Below, one piece after another: positions 27,857-40,859 of a stretch of DNA of 64,000 bases (the stretch's first letter is position 1; the number at the start of each line of letters is the position of its first letter). The notes under the pieces were generated by a model. That model saw nothing but the letters and a program-made list of their open reading frames with translations. It did not search any database and had not been told where the DNA came from. The DNA is from Octopus sinensis (Eukaryota), in NCBI RefSeq assembly GCF_006345805.1, contig NC_043000.1, positions 38,874,001-38,938,000 of the forward strand, read 5' to 3'. The translations under genes were made by a program, and so were the position numbers.

Positions 27857-27895
27857 TCTATACATCTAAAGCTGAAGTTGTCTGTGTGTGTGTGT

Positions 27896-27952
<57 letters not shown>

Positions 27953-28336
27953 GTGTGTGTGTGTGTGGCAGGTTTGGTAGCCTTCAACTAACACTATCTC
28001 CTCCGATACACTGCAGCGCAAGTTGACCAAAATTGAGAGTAGGATAGAATCGGACCATGTTAAGGCCAAAAATTATTTACATCAAAAAGGTGCTTTTTTT
28101 CTATGAAAATCCCTAATTTTTACGATTTTTTTTACTGCTGTATCGCCATTTTTCGATGTATTTCAACCAGAAAAAGATGTTCACTCAAAGAGAATAACAA
28201 GCTACATTATGCAAACTTTTTACTTTTCAAAAAAGATTGAAACTATGTCAAAACTTTGTTAACGCGACATCAAAGCCTGCCGTTTTAAGCGCAACTAAAA
28301 AACAAATCCGAGCAACGTTGGGCAATACTGCTGTAG
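27857..28336 (+). mobile_element. Non-autonomous Helitron-like element
   Basis: 5' TCtatacatctaaagctgaag followed by (TG)n. 3' hairpin remnant ccgagcaacgttggg then ctgctgtag, a CTAG-like end. Confidence 0.55.
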
Positions 28337-28716
28337 ATATATAGCCATGGCTGTGTGATTAAAAGCTTGCTTCTCAGCCAAATATTGTTGGAAAGGCCTT
28401 GTAAGTGGATTTGGTAGACGGAAACTGAAAGATGCCCGTCTTATATATATGTATATATGTGTCTGTGTGTGTGTTGGCGTGTATGTGTATGTTTGTGTAT
28501 CCTGTCTTTGTTCCCACAAGATCGCATGACAACCGATGCTGGTGTGTTTACGTACCCCTAACTTAGCGGTTCGGCAATAGGCTCCGATAGATTAAGTACA
28601 CACACACACACACACACACATACACACATATATATATATATATATGTGTGTGTGTGTATGTATGTAGTATGTATATATATATATATATATAAATGCCAGA
28701 TCTTATTTTGGCAGCA

Positions 28717-28767
28717 AGCTTCCTGATGATTTCATTTGAATGAAACAGTTCTAGTCCTGTAGAAGTT
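28717..28767 (+). ncRNA. Type I hammerhead ribozyme motif
   Basis: agcttc-CTGATGA-t ttc attt gaa t-GAAA-cag ttctagtc ctg-TA-gaagtt. Helix I 6 bp, canonical core, helix III with GUA cleavage triplet (predicted cut after 28761). Only the first pair of helix II is a U-U mismatch. Confidence 0.75.
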
Positions 28768-28793
28768 CCTTCTAAAAATATATATATATATAT

Positions 28794-29035
28794 ATATGCT
28801 TTATTAAAAAGCAGCAAAAATATAACAAAACTGTTACTCAGAGTTTCAAGTTACCGTTCGTCGGTCAGTTTTGCTTAGATTCTAAACTAAACCGTCCGAC
28901 GAACGGGAACACGAAACTCTGAGTAACAATTTTTGTGATATTTCTGTTGCTTTTTAATAAAGCATATTACTCTACCTCTGGTATTCGAGCACTATTATTT
29001 CCACCTTGTTTCGCATTTATGTGCTTACTCAGTTA
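28794..29035. mobile_element. Fold-back Penelope-like terminal remnant with a hammerhead-like motif in each arm
   Basis: About 70-bp inverted arms within 28794-28967. Each arm reads CCGACGA-acgg.aac..-GAAA-ctctgag-TA (plus 28889-28932, minus 28827-28872). Confidence 0.65.
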
Positions 29036-29377
29036 TATATATATACATTCATAATATAGTATAACATAATAAAATATTGTAGTGTATTCTATTATATTTG
29101 GTCTTCTAAGGTTATTCCTTACTTCGGTATTTCAGCGATACAACTGCCGGAAAGTTATAGCACTGAGTGTAATATTCAGTGTATGTTACGTGTACTTAAT
29201 TATTGAAACCTATTAAGCAACGATACAAATTGTTCAATATTGTAAAATCGAACCAATAGTGAAAATGAGAAGGTGAGTAATAATATACATTATGAATACG
29301 GATTTCAATGCACGTGAGAGTTCTGAAATAACTGCTTTCTCCAATAGCATATGTTTAGTAAATGCACTAGTAGAATA

Positions 29378-29419
<42 letters not shown>

Positions 29420-30177
29420 TATATGTACGTATATGTCCGCGCGCGTGTGTGTGTGTATATAAAACATGTATGCAATACATATATACGCATATATATGCGA
29501 CAGGCTTCTTTCAGTTTCCATGTACCTAATCCACTCACAAGGCTTTGGTCGGCCTGAAGGCTATAGTAGAAGACACTTGGACAAGGTGCCACGTAGTGGG
29601 GACGAAGCTGGAATCATGTGGTTGGCAAGGAAGCTATTTACAACACAGCCACTCCTGCGCCTAAATATATATATATATATATATATATTAGGCGCAGGAG
29701 TGGCTGTGTTGTAAATAGCTTCACTGGGTAATATATATATATATATATATATATATGGTAATATATATATATATCTATATATATATATATATACATATAC
29801 ATATTTATATATATATATATGCATACATAGATACATGCACACATGCATACATATATGTACATATACGTAAATACCATACACACACATTCACAAATAGGTA
29901 GACAGACAGACAGGAAGATAATATACTTGAATGAAATATATTTAGTCATTGATGCGTTTAGCAAAATACGCCATTGCAATTAATACAATAATCGGAAATT
30001 TCACCCAGATACCGAAATATGGTTGGATTCAAGTTCTTTCCATTAAGCTTATCGTTCACATTTTCTATTATTATCACACTTATCATTATTATTATTGCTA
30101 TTATTATTATTATTATTATTATATTATTATTATTATTATTATTATATTATTATTATTATTATTATTATTATATTATT

Positions 30178-30277
30178 NNNNNNNNNNNNNNNNNNNNNNN
30201 NNNNNNNNNNNNNNNNNNNNNNNNNNNNNNNNNNNNNNNNNNNNNNNNNNNNNNNNNNNNNNNNNNNNNNNNNNNNN
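30178..30277. other. Assembly gap (100 N)
   Basis: Run of n adjacent to a (TAT)n tract. Confidence 1.
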
Positions 30278-31236
30278 CAATAACCTACAAACGTATACAC
30301 TCGAGCACATACACACACACACACCTGTGTTTTTGTGTGTTTGTGTGCATGTGATCATGTGTATGTGTGTGTGTGTGCACGCGCGTGAGTGTGTGTGCGT
30401 GCGTGCGTGTGTGTGTGTGTGTGTGTGTGTGTTGTGTGTGTGTGTGGTGTGTGTATGTGTGCATGTGTTTCCGTCTACAAAATTCACATACAAAGCCAGG
30501 GTGACGCGGATGGGATTCTGCCTTAAACTTTGTGGTTGTGCAAAAGCTTCGAAACCAAACAGTCACGTAATACCAATATATATATATATGATTCAAAATG
30601 TGACCGCGTAATATATATATATGTTTCTAAGTAGATTTTTCTCGCACCTAATATTCTTTAAATAGTCAGAACTTTAGTCTCGGTGACAAAGAACATCTAA
30701 GCACCCGTGCTCTCACCCACCGGAATGACCGCTGCCTGACCCGTTAAAATCTTCAACGCACCCCACACCCTTTTCAACATACATGATAAACAGTTTGGCC
30801 ATGGGCTCTTAAAGCCTCGTTCGATTTGTTTTGCTCCGCCTCTGTTCTGTTTTGTTTTTTTTCCAACGGATTTCCTATTTCTTCCTGAAGAGAAAGACAC
30901 AATATGGTCTCCTTATTCAATCGGAATTGGTAAATTGTGCCTTTCGAAACACGTGTAGAATGCAATAAAACGATTTCTGTTCAATCTTCGTTCAACTCCA
31001 TTTCTTCAATTCACTAATAATATTAAAATCAATTATCCGCACACCGCACGGTTGCAACACCATATGGTTGTACCTCCAACCGTGCTGTCTTCTCTGATTT
31101 TTTCTTTTTTGTTTCTTTCTTCTCTTCTTCTCTTTGCTTTCTGCTATTTCAACAAGATATATTAAACTTCTATTATTGCAACAAATTATTCATCTATATT
31201 GCATAAAATATATATATATTGATATATATATATCTA

Positions 31237-31281
<45 letters not shown>

Positions 31282-31350
31282 GATAGATAGATATATATAT
31301 AGATATATAGATATAAATAGACAGACAGATAGATAGATAGATAGATAGAT

Positions 31351-31386
<36 letters not shown>

Positions 31387-31584
31387 AACTTACTTGGAAG
31401 TTGATGCGTGGCGTTCGATCATGTTTTCGTTTATCGTTGCGTTCTACGTTTTTTTTGGGGGGGGTATCCTGTGCCCATATATGCATGCATATATACATAT
31501 AGTTGTAGGTATGTACATATATATGTATGTATGTACGCATATGTTTTATTTATTAAATTGTTATTATATATATATATATATATA

Positions 31585-32640
31585 TAGCATATAGTTCAAG
31601 TCTATCATGGAAAGGAAGGCCGCAAAGTTCTGACCTTGGAGAACTCCTGCGTTGACAGCATATGTGTCGCTGACTCTGTCAGGGGTGCATACTAAACAAT
31701 TGCAATCTGAATAGAGAGGGTGGATAACTTTTGCATCTTAACTTCATTATCCATAAGCAGAGAGAATCTGAAACATTGGCTCAGAGCCAAAAGCTTTGGG
31801 GGAATCCACAAAGACGATGCTACATAAAAAATATCTTTCTTTACTGAGATGTATTCAATGAGTGGAGAAAGCGTTTGGAGCAACCTTTGTGAAAGCCGTT
31901 TTGCCTTGATGTGATTAATATTTCGTTAGGGTCTCGGATTGCGTTTGAGCTTGGTACTGTTGATGTGTTTGGCAGAACATGATATCAGGTTAATGTCACG
32001 TTACGAGCCGTATCTCCACTTTTTCCGGAAAAGTATCATGCGACTCAACTTGAATTCCGATGGCGCTTGAGCTGTGATCTGAGAAAAGTTTAGAGTAAGA
32101 AAAAGTAAAAGAACTAACGCAAGATTCGGAAGAACCTCTGGAAACACACCATCTACATCACACGATATCCCGATCTTGAGCTCGTTAGAAGCAGTTAATA
32201 CGTCACCAAAGATAATTCCACCAGTTAGAATATTAGTGAGCGGCGGTGAGATCAATGTCACAACGAAATTGTCTGCGGGAGTCTTGTGGTTGATCAATTT
32301 TTCAAAGAGGTTTTCCCAGCCCGCTAGTTGATCTTTTTGGTTGCTTGTCTTTAGTTTCGAGATGGCTAAGATTTACAACCAGACAAGTTTCCATATTGGC
32401 TTTCCATACTGTGGTGGTTTGTCTACTGTCGTCTGTTTCTTCTATACTGTTGATTTTCTCTTCGATTTAAGCTTTCTTTGGTCAACAGTAACCTGCTCAG
32501 GTCAGGCTTTTCGTTATAGTACTAGACTATGTACAACGACATGCTACGGTTTCTGAATTAGGCATAACTCTCCGTCCCTGCCAAGGTTCACGTCATCCCG
32601 CATCGTTCTTCTCGAACCGGAATAACTGCCTGTCTGTCTT
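31585..32640 (-). mobile_element. Decayed RTE/RTEX-like LINE RT fragment
   Basis: CTPDRVSDTYAVNAGVLQGQNFAAFLSMIDLNYM resembles TPDG.T..F.I.AGVLQGDTLAP.LF.I.LDY. The ORF at 32001-32297 has LKIGISCDVDGVFPEVL (K..G.DG..PE motif). Confidence 0.65.
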
Positions 32641-32692
32641 CTACATTTTGGGACACCACCCCAACAAAATAAATAAATTAATTAATTAATAA

Positions 32693-32742
<50 letters not shown>

Positions 32743-33784
32743 TATTAATAGCATAATAATAAAAAAACATAGTTTCATCGGTCTTGTCCTTGTACTAACT
32801 AGTAAAACAAAAAGAAAATAGTCCAGATGGGTTATGTCTGCAAGATTTGGCTGCTATTTCGAGGAAAGCGTTTGACTCCATAAAAGCTTCGTCATTGACC
32901 GGATAAACCCGTATCTGTAGGTATGTGTACATGTGTGAATATATGTGTATATGTGTGTGTGTTGGTGTAATTGCGTGTATGTGACCATAGCGATTCAATT
33001 TGTTAATTATAGCATTTATGAGAGATTACAGCTACGTAACCTTTTAGTTGATTTGCACTGCATCACTGATTGTGATGTTCAACAAAGCAGAAATCTGTGG
33101 TACAGTTCAGGTCACCTTTTAATATGGATCTACTTACAGTTTAGGCCTAACACAAGTGTTAACGAGATGTCACGTTATTACATGAAATCCGAAAATTGTC
33201 AGACATTTAAAAGGAAAAAACCCCTCTTAACACTACCACTATGGTGGGGTCTACCTGGTGATCCAAGGAGTCGATAAACACCTGAAACGATGTCAAGCGT
33301 TAAGGGTGGTGACTTATTCAGCGAACCGAATCTGACAGAGCGTGGGTAATTTAAGTTTGACAGCCAAATGTCAATCATGCAATAACTATTATTCGCCGTG
33401 GCAGTATCGTAAGAAATTTGCTTCCCAACCACATCGTTCCGGGTTCAGTTCCACCGCGTGACATCTCGCGCAAGTGTTTTCTACTAAAGCCTCGGGCCGA
33501 TCAAAGCATTGTGAATGGATTTGCTAGACAGAAACTGAAAGAAGCTTGTCATATATCTGTGTGTGTGCGTGTGTGTCTGTGTGTCTGTGTGTGTGCGTGT
33601 GTGTGTCCGTGTTTGTCACCCATCACCATTTGACAACAGGTGTTGGTGTATTTACATTCTTGTAACTTAGCGATTCGGAAAATGTTAAAACTCTTAAATG
33701 ATCCAATGGTCACTACTGTGGTGCCTTCGATTCCATGTATAATCTATCCGGGTTAATGTGTGACTAAACAAATGCTGTTGTTAT

Positions 33785-34092
33785 TGTTGTTGTCTTTCCC
33801 TTCTCGAGCCATACCTGGCTCACAATGGACGGTTTCCCGGTTTCATTGGCGTAGAGGTTCCCCACCTGGACGGGACGCCGGTCCATCGCAGGTAAACTGC
33901 TAGATGCAGGAGGAGTGAGAGAGAGAAAGTTGTGGCGAAAGAGTCAGCAGAAGTTCACTATTAGCTTCTGCCGTAGCCGCGTGGAACTTGGGGGTTTCAT
34001 TCATAAATACACACATCGCCCGGTCTGAGATTCGAACCCGCGATCCCCCGACCGCGTGTCCGCTGCTCTAACTACTAAGTTATGTGCAGCCA
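33785..34092 (-). mobile_element. tRNA-derived SINE family D
   Basis: B box gggttcgaatctc, internal cctgcgatggaccggcgtcccgtccagg, (caa)n tail. Confidence 0.75.
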
Positions 34093-34574
34093 CGTGGCTA
34101 AACAAATACAACAATAAAAGAGTTCAGCAACCACGGTAAATATCCCAGTAACGAGATAATCAATGAAACAAACGAATTATCGCGTTAACACTTATAATTA
34201 CGGCTTCGTGTAATTATAAACTAAATTTACAACGCTAGTTGCTGTGGGTCGAAAATATTTCTACCTTTTAATGAGGTACCTCCGCGAAGGATTTTCAGAT
34301 CTGGTAGTTATTTTATCGGTCTCGGTGAGCCGTTGACATACACAAAGACAAAGAAACACATATGCATATGTCTGTGAGCCTGTTTTTGCCCCTCCCCCAC
34401 CATCGCTTGACAACCGATGTTGGTGTGTTTACGTTCCCTAACCTAGCGGTTCGGGAAAAGTAACCGATAGAATAAGTACTAGGCTAACAATGAATAAGTT
34501 CTAGGATCAATTTCTTCGACTAAAGGCGTTGCTCCCCGCATAGCAACAGTCAAATGACTGAAACAGGTAAAAGA

Positions 34575-34629
<55 letters not shown>

Positions 34630-34630
<1 letters not shown>

Positions 34631-34935
34631 ATTGCAAGCGTGAAGTGTTTGTAAGCCATTTAAGAAACACACAAAAGCCGTTCGATCACTTCAACATTTA
34701 AGTTTAATTTGTCAAAATATTTTCGTCGCTAAAATCCGCAACCTGTTCACTGACAAAAATCCGCGGATTTTAGCGACGAAAATATTTTGACAAATTAAAC
34801 TTAAATGTTGAAGTGAATCGAACGGCTTTTGTGTTTTTCTTAAATGGCTTACAAACACCTTCCACGCTGCAATTGTTTTCGTTTCAGCACACGATCTCAG
34901 ATCAAATCACTTGCTATGCGAGTACATCTCCGTAA
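34630..34935. mobile_element. Fold-back Penelope-like terminal remnant with about 110-bp inverted arms and a variant hammerhead motif
   Basis: 34630-34739 is inverted at about 34763-34874, flanked by (TA)n. An older partial copy lies at about 34960-35050. Confidence 0.7.
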
Positions 34936-36219
34936 TATATATATATATATATAATATCAGCATGGAGGGTGTTTATAAGCCATTTAGAGACACACAAAAA
35001 CCGTTAAATTCGCTTCAACATTTGAATTTAATTTGCTAAAATATTTTTGTCTATTTGAGAGCTGCATCTTTTTGAGGGAATAATGCATTTCGAAGCAAAT
35101 AAATTTATAAATAATAGCATGTAAATATGTTTGCCCAATCCATTCAGAAGGTTTCGATCGGCCCAGAGCTTTAGCAGAAGTCACTTTCTCAATGCACCAC
35201 GGAGTAGGAATGAACCAGAAACTATGTGCTTTAGAAGCAAATGTGTTAGTACATAACCACGCCTGCGTTTAATTTAATTTATAATCAACAAGGGTGACAT
35301 ATATTAATTGGACAAGATTATCAATAAACCAATATATACTTTCTAAGAAACGAATTAAAAAATGGTACCAATTCGGAGCTTTTCTGACGCGATCCATCAG
35401 ATTGGAAAATCGTGCTGGTTGAGTTAAGACACTTCGTAACGTTTCCTTTGTATTTGAGTTTTCCTATGAGACGATGAACCGACGTAAACTAACATCCCAA
35501 TACAACAAAGCTAGCATCTGTCCGTTCGTTGCATAAATGGCGCAATGCTGGTAATCCCTTGGCAGAAATAGAATTAGTAATATAATAAGAAATACAAGAA
35601 AATTGGTACCAGAAATTCAATAATGAATAGGTTTAAGACGAGCAAACGTAACTGCATAAACGTGCTTTTATTTAGCCAAGCTTATATTAAATTCCTTTCT
35701 CAATGTTAGTATGTTACGGAATGGAATATAATTACTATTAAAATTGTTTAGATTCAATATTCGACACTGTTACTGTGTATATAATTGTATACAGATGTGT
35801 CAAGGTTTGGAGAGTACTGTATGGGCATGCGCTGAAATGATATCAATGATATTATCGATAGTAATACATAGGGATACGAAAATATGAATTATGTATTAGT
35901 ATGCACTTGTTCGTAATTATATGCAAATGGGGTCCATTTCATTAATATTCTAATCAAATTAAATATGCAAATATTATATACATCATTTATATTATATACA
36001 TCAATATTATATACATCATTTATATACTTCTATCTTGATCTGCTCCAAACTTCTCTTTCCATACTTTTCTTAAAGTATTTGGTTTCGTGTGTGAATGTAT
36101 GTATATATGTGTGCGTGGTGTGTGCGTGTGTGTACGTCAGTTTATATATGTGTGCATGTGGATGTGGATGTGTGTATGCTTGGTATATATTTGTGTGTGT
36201 GTGTGCGTACGCGATGTAT

Positions 36220-36276
<57 letters not shown>

Positions 36277-36604
36277 ACGGTGCTCACTCTCAGCAGTGAG
36301 GGGCGTTGCGCACACGATAGTAAGATCGTGATTTCGATTCTCTGAACGGCTGCGCGTTGTGCTCTTGAGCAAAGCACTTCATTTTACGTTGCTCCACCCT
36401 ACTGATCGGCTCGGCAAATGTCTAACCCTGAGAGGGACTAGCCTTCCCATCACCGAGGAATATTGGCCTGACTGCCGCCTTCCTGCATGGCCAACGGGGA
36501 GGCATCATATCAAAGTTAAACTTATACATATTGTCAGTTTGCATTTACCTACAATTTTTTCCATGTCCAACTCATTCAAATTACAGATTTATAGACGAAT
36601 ACTG

Positions 36605-37092
<488 letters not shown>

Positions 37093-37255
37093 GTATATGT
37101 ATATATGTATATTGTATGTATGTATTGCGCACATGTATATACTCATATATACACACGTATCAATATTAATTTATGCCAATACTTATATTCAGATTTAATA
37201 TAAAAATGTATCTGGATGCTGACGTTTTCTCAATAGTTACCCACCACCGCCCCAC

Positions 37256-37330
37256 CAAGATTAGCTTCAATATACACAGGTATATGCAAAAAGAGGCTGT
37301 ATATACTTGTGTATATTGAAGCGAATCTTG
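37256..37330. other. 75-nt hairpin (33-bp stem, 9-nt loop)
   Basis: caagattagcttcaatatacacaggtatatgca / tgtatatacttgtgtatattgaagcgaatcttg: one mismatch and two G-U pairs in the plus-strand RNA. Confidence 0.9.
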
Positions 37331-38423
37331 TCGTTGTTGGACTATTTGGCGTATTTTTCTAGCATACAGGCACAGTGGCTTCTGACCCCTTAATTATTAT
37401 TATATTCCGTATAATTATACATATTCTACACATAAGTTTCATGAACTACAAAATATAATTATCCATACTACCACACTTCAAACGTACCTGTTATGACTCT
37501 TTATCTTGATTTGAAGGTACGTGAAGATATTTACAATGCGCAAACTTATTTCTGCAAATGTTCTAAGGACTGATGTTGATCATAGTTTAATCAATAAGCC
37601 TAGGAGTGAGGTAAGTGCAGTAAAATTAGTGGGGTGGTCTGTGGGGCCCCATTTAAGCGGCCCTTTAGATATTGAACCTTTTACGATATTCCCTAGGAGT
37701 TCATGATATGAAATTCATTGTCATTGCTCCGATTTGGTCACCAATGCCATGTATCTAGTTTAAAATGCAGTAATAATAGGGGAAGCAGCATTTAAAAAAA
37801 TTGACGCCCTTAGGACATTCCCAGATATTAGGGGAGTTGCTGGTTTGAGATTCGTTGTCCTTGCCCAACGGTCTAGGAGGAGTTAACGAACATAAAAACG
37901 TAACGGACAAGAATCACCACTCAAATTTATAATAGGAAATATTTATAGGTTTGTCGGTATTTTCAATTGATCTCTGTTGTTTTTGTCCTTCACCATTTAA
38001 GAATATCTTATCCATTGAATTGCGCGGACAGATAGCAGAATCCTGAGCATGCCGGACAAAATGCTTAGCAGCCTATCATTCCTCTTTGTGTTCTGTATTC
38101 AAGTTTCACCGAGGTCCACCTTGCCTTTCATTCCTACGGGGTCTATGAAGTAAATACCAGTTAAATATTGGGGAAGACTTCAAGAAAAAAACTTTCAATT
38201 ACACTTTATCTTCTATATCTTTTACTTGTTGTTTTGGATTACGGCCATGCTGGGACCCCGCTGGTGAGTGTTTTCGAACCCAGTGTACATTTCTAATTTG
38301 GTATTTATTCTATCGGAGTCTTTTGCCGAACCACTATGTTATGTTAATGTAAACAAAACGACACCCGCTGTAAAGAGGTGGGGTGTGACAAGCCCAGACA
38401 CACACATATAACGTAAATATATA

Positions 38424-38463
<40 letters not shown>

Positions 38464-38464
<1 letters not shown>

Positions 38465-39828
38465 CTTAGATAAAACTTAGATATGATTCGACCAAAGATT
38501 GGTCCAGGCCATGTCTAACTTAATAGCACCACCTGATAGGAGTATCTAAATCCTGTTTAAGTCAAGTTTTGTTTATGGTCCATTCAAGTAGTGAGTTTTT
38601 GTTGGGTGAGTTGTATCCAATTATGGGTGGCTTATCTGGTATTCCTTGAAGGAATCTATCCAGACTCCGTTTAAAGTTGATGGGATCCTTTCCCTCTTTG
38701 GTCTCTTTCGGAACAATGTTAAATAGGGCAGGGCCTGTTGAGGAAAAGAAATTATGTTGCAGTGTACATGTATGCTGTCATCTTGAATTGATATATATAT
38801 ATAAAGTTGGCGGTATATCTTTCACATCGTACAAATGATGTACCGCTCACGGCGACGCTGGAGAGAGTAGAGTTTCAAGGCTTTAAGGCGGTCCCAATAA
38901 TCGAGAGCAGCCATGCCTTCAATTTGTTTAGTGCCCTCTGGGTTGATTCAATCCTCGAGATGTTTTGTATTGTATGGGGAGACCACAGTGGGCAGCAGTA
39001 TTCGAGGTGTGGCCGTACAAAGGAGGAGAAAAGTGGTATGATGACACTTTGTTCTCTGACCGGAAAGTTCTTAAGATCCAGGAATTCATCCTACGAGCTA
39101 TATCGACCTTATTGTTGATGTGTGCACTCCAACTGAGCTCGTCATCAACAATTCCGCCCAATTCTCTGATATTGTTAGAGGCTGTGAAGGAAGAGAGTAT
39201 GGCTGTTTTATAAGGAATTTCTTCCAAAATGCAACAGCTCAAATTTTCCCTCGTTCAGTTGCATTTTGTTTCTGTCTGCCCATTGACTCACAGCATATAG
39301 ATCAGACTGGAGTTGAGTTCGGTCTGCTTCTTCATTGATGATTTGCTGGAGCTTAGTGTCATCAGCAAATATTTTCACTTTGCATTAATGTACGACACTG
39401 GAAAGGTCGTTTATGTAAATTATAAAGAGTAGCGGGCCCAAGACAGCCCACAGGGGGACACCGCTGGTGACTTTTGCTGGGCTTGAGTGGACTCCATCGA
39501 CTACAACATGTTGTGTTCTATTCGCCAGGAAATAATTAATCCAGTGTAGAAGTTCTCCACGGATTCCAACATTTGCCAATTTTGAGAGTAGGATATTATG
39601 GTCAACCCTGTCGAACGCTTTACTGAAGTCAAGCTATGTGACATCAGAGTTAGACCCTGTTCCCAAGGCTTTGAGTATATCTTCAATGTGGTGTAAGAGC
39701 TGTGTTAGACAGTCCCTGTCACAGCGAAAGCCATGCTGATTTGCATTTAGGAGTTTGTGGGTCTCCAGGAAGTCAGCTGTCCTTGATCTTACACACTCTT
39801 TCAAACACTTTAATGATGTGGGAGGTGA

Positions 39829-39830
<2 letters not shown>
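38464..39830 (-). mobile_element. 5'-truncated CR1-group LINE, RT pseudogene
   Basis: NQHGFR, LDFSKAFDRVDH, SGVPLWAVLGPLLFIIYINDL, KIFADDTKL, VRPHLEYCCPLWSP and LYSLQRRR motifs across stops and frameshifts. Short repeated ctaagt 3' tail. Confidence 0.92.
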
Positions 39831-39899
<69 letters not shown>

Positions 39900-40041
39900 G
39901 ACAGGCTTCTTCCAGTTTCCGTCTACAAAATCTACTCACGGGCTTTGGTTAGCCCGAGGCTATATTAGAAGCCACACTGTGGGACTGAACCGGTTGGAAA
40001 GCAAGTTTCTTACTACACAGCCACGCCTGCACCTATGTAAG

Positions 40042-40085
<44 letters not shown>

Positions 40086-40757
40086 GAGGGAAAGAGGGAG
40101 ACAGTGACAGAGACAGAGACAGACAGATAGAGAGAGAGAGACAAGGTGGTTTCCACGTAGTTTCTGTTTACCAAATTCACTCTCAAGTGATCGGTCGAAC
40201 AGGGCTGTAGTAGAATAAAACTTGTCAAAGTTGCCACTCAGTGAGACTGAACCGGAAACCCCGTGGCTGCAACGCAACCTTCTAAACAACACAGCCATGG
40301 CACACAGCTACGCTCGACAAAATAATTTCGTAATTTATGTGTTTTTGTCAAGACTTAAAAATAAAATGGATGTGACAACTCATTCAACACTGTACACGCA
40401 AATGGTGTTTATGTTAATGGAATTGCCATTTTCAGAGTGACTCATAACAATGTCTGCAAATATGGAGCTGAGTAACTTTTTCTTATCCCATGGTAGCTGC
40501 ATTGTAATTATGTGTGTATGTGATTATGTCTAGATGCATCTATACATAAATACATACCTACCTACATACATATATCTATGATATATTATATGTGGGTGTG
40601 TGTTGTGTGTGTGTGTGGTGTGTGTGTGTTGTGTTTGTGTGTTGTGTTTGTGTGTGTATCTATATATATATACAGATATATATATATATATATATATATG
40701 CATCTATATATACATATTTACATCTACATACATACACACACACTCATTTATATATAA

Positions 40758-40789
<32 letters not shown>

Positions 40790-40859
40790 GGGGGAGAGAG
40801 AGAGAGAGAGTTAAGGGTAAATTTAACTGTTCGCCTAAAAGGAAAAGAGATCACAATAT

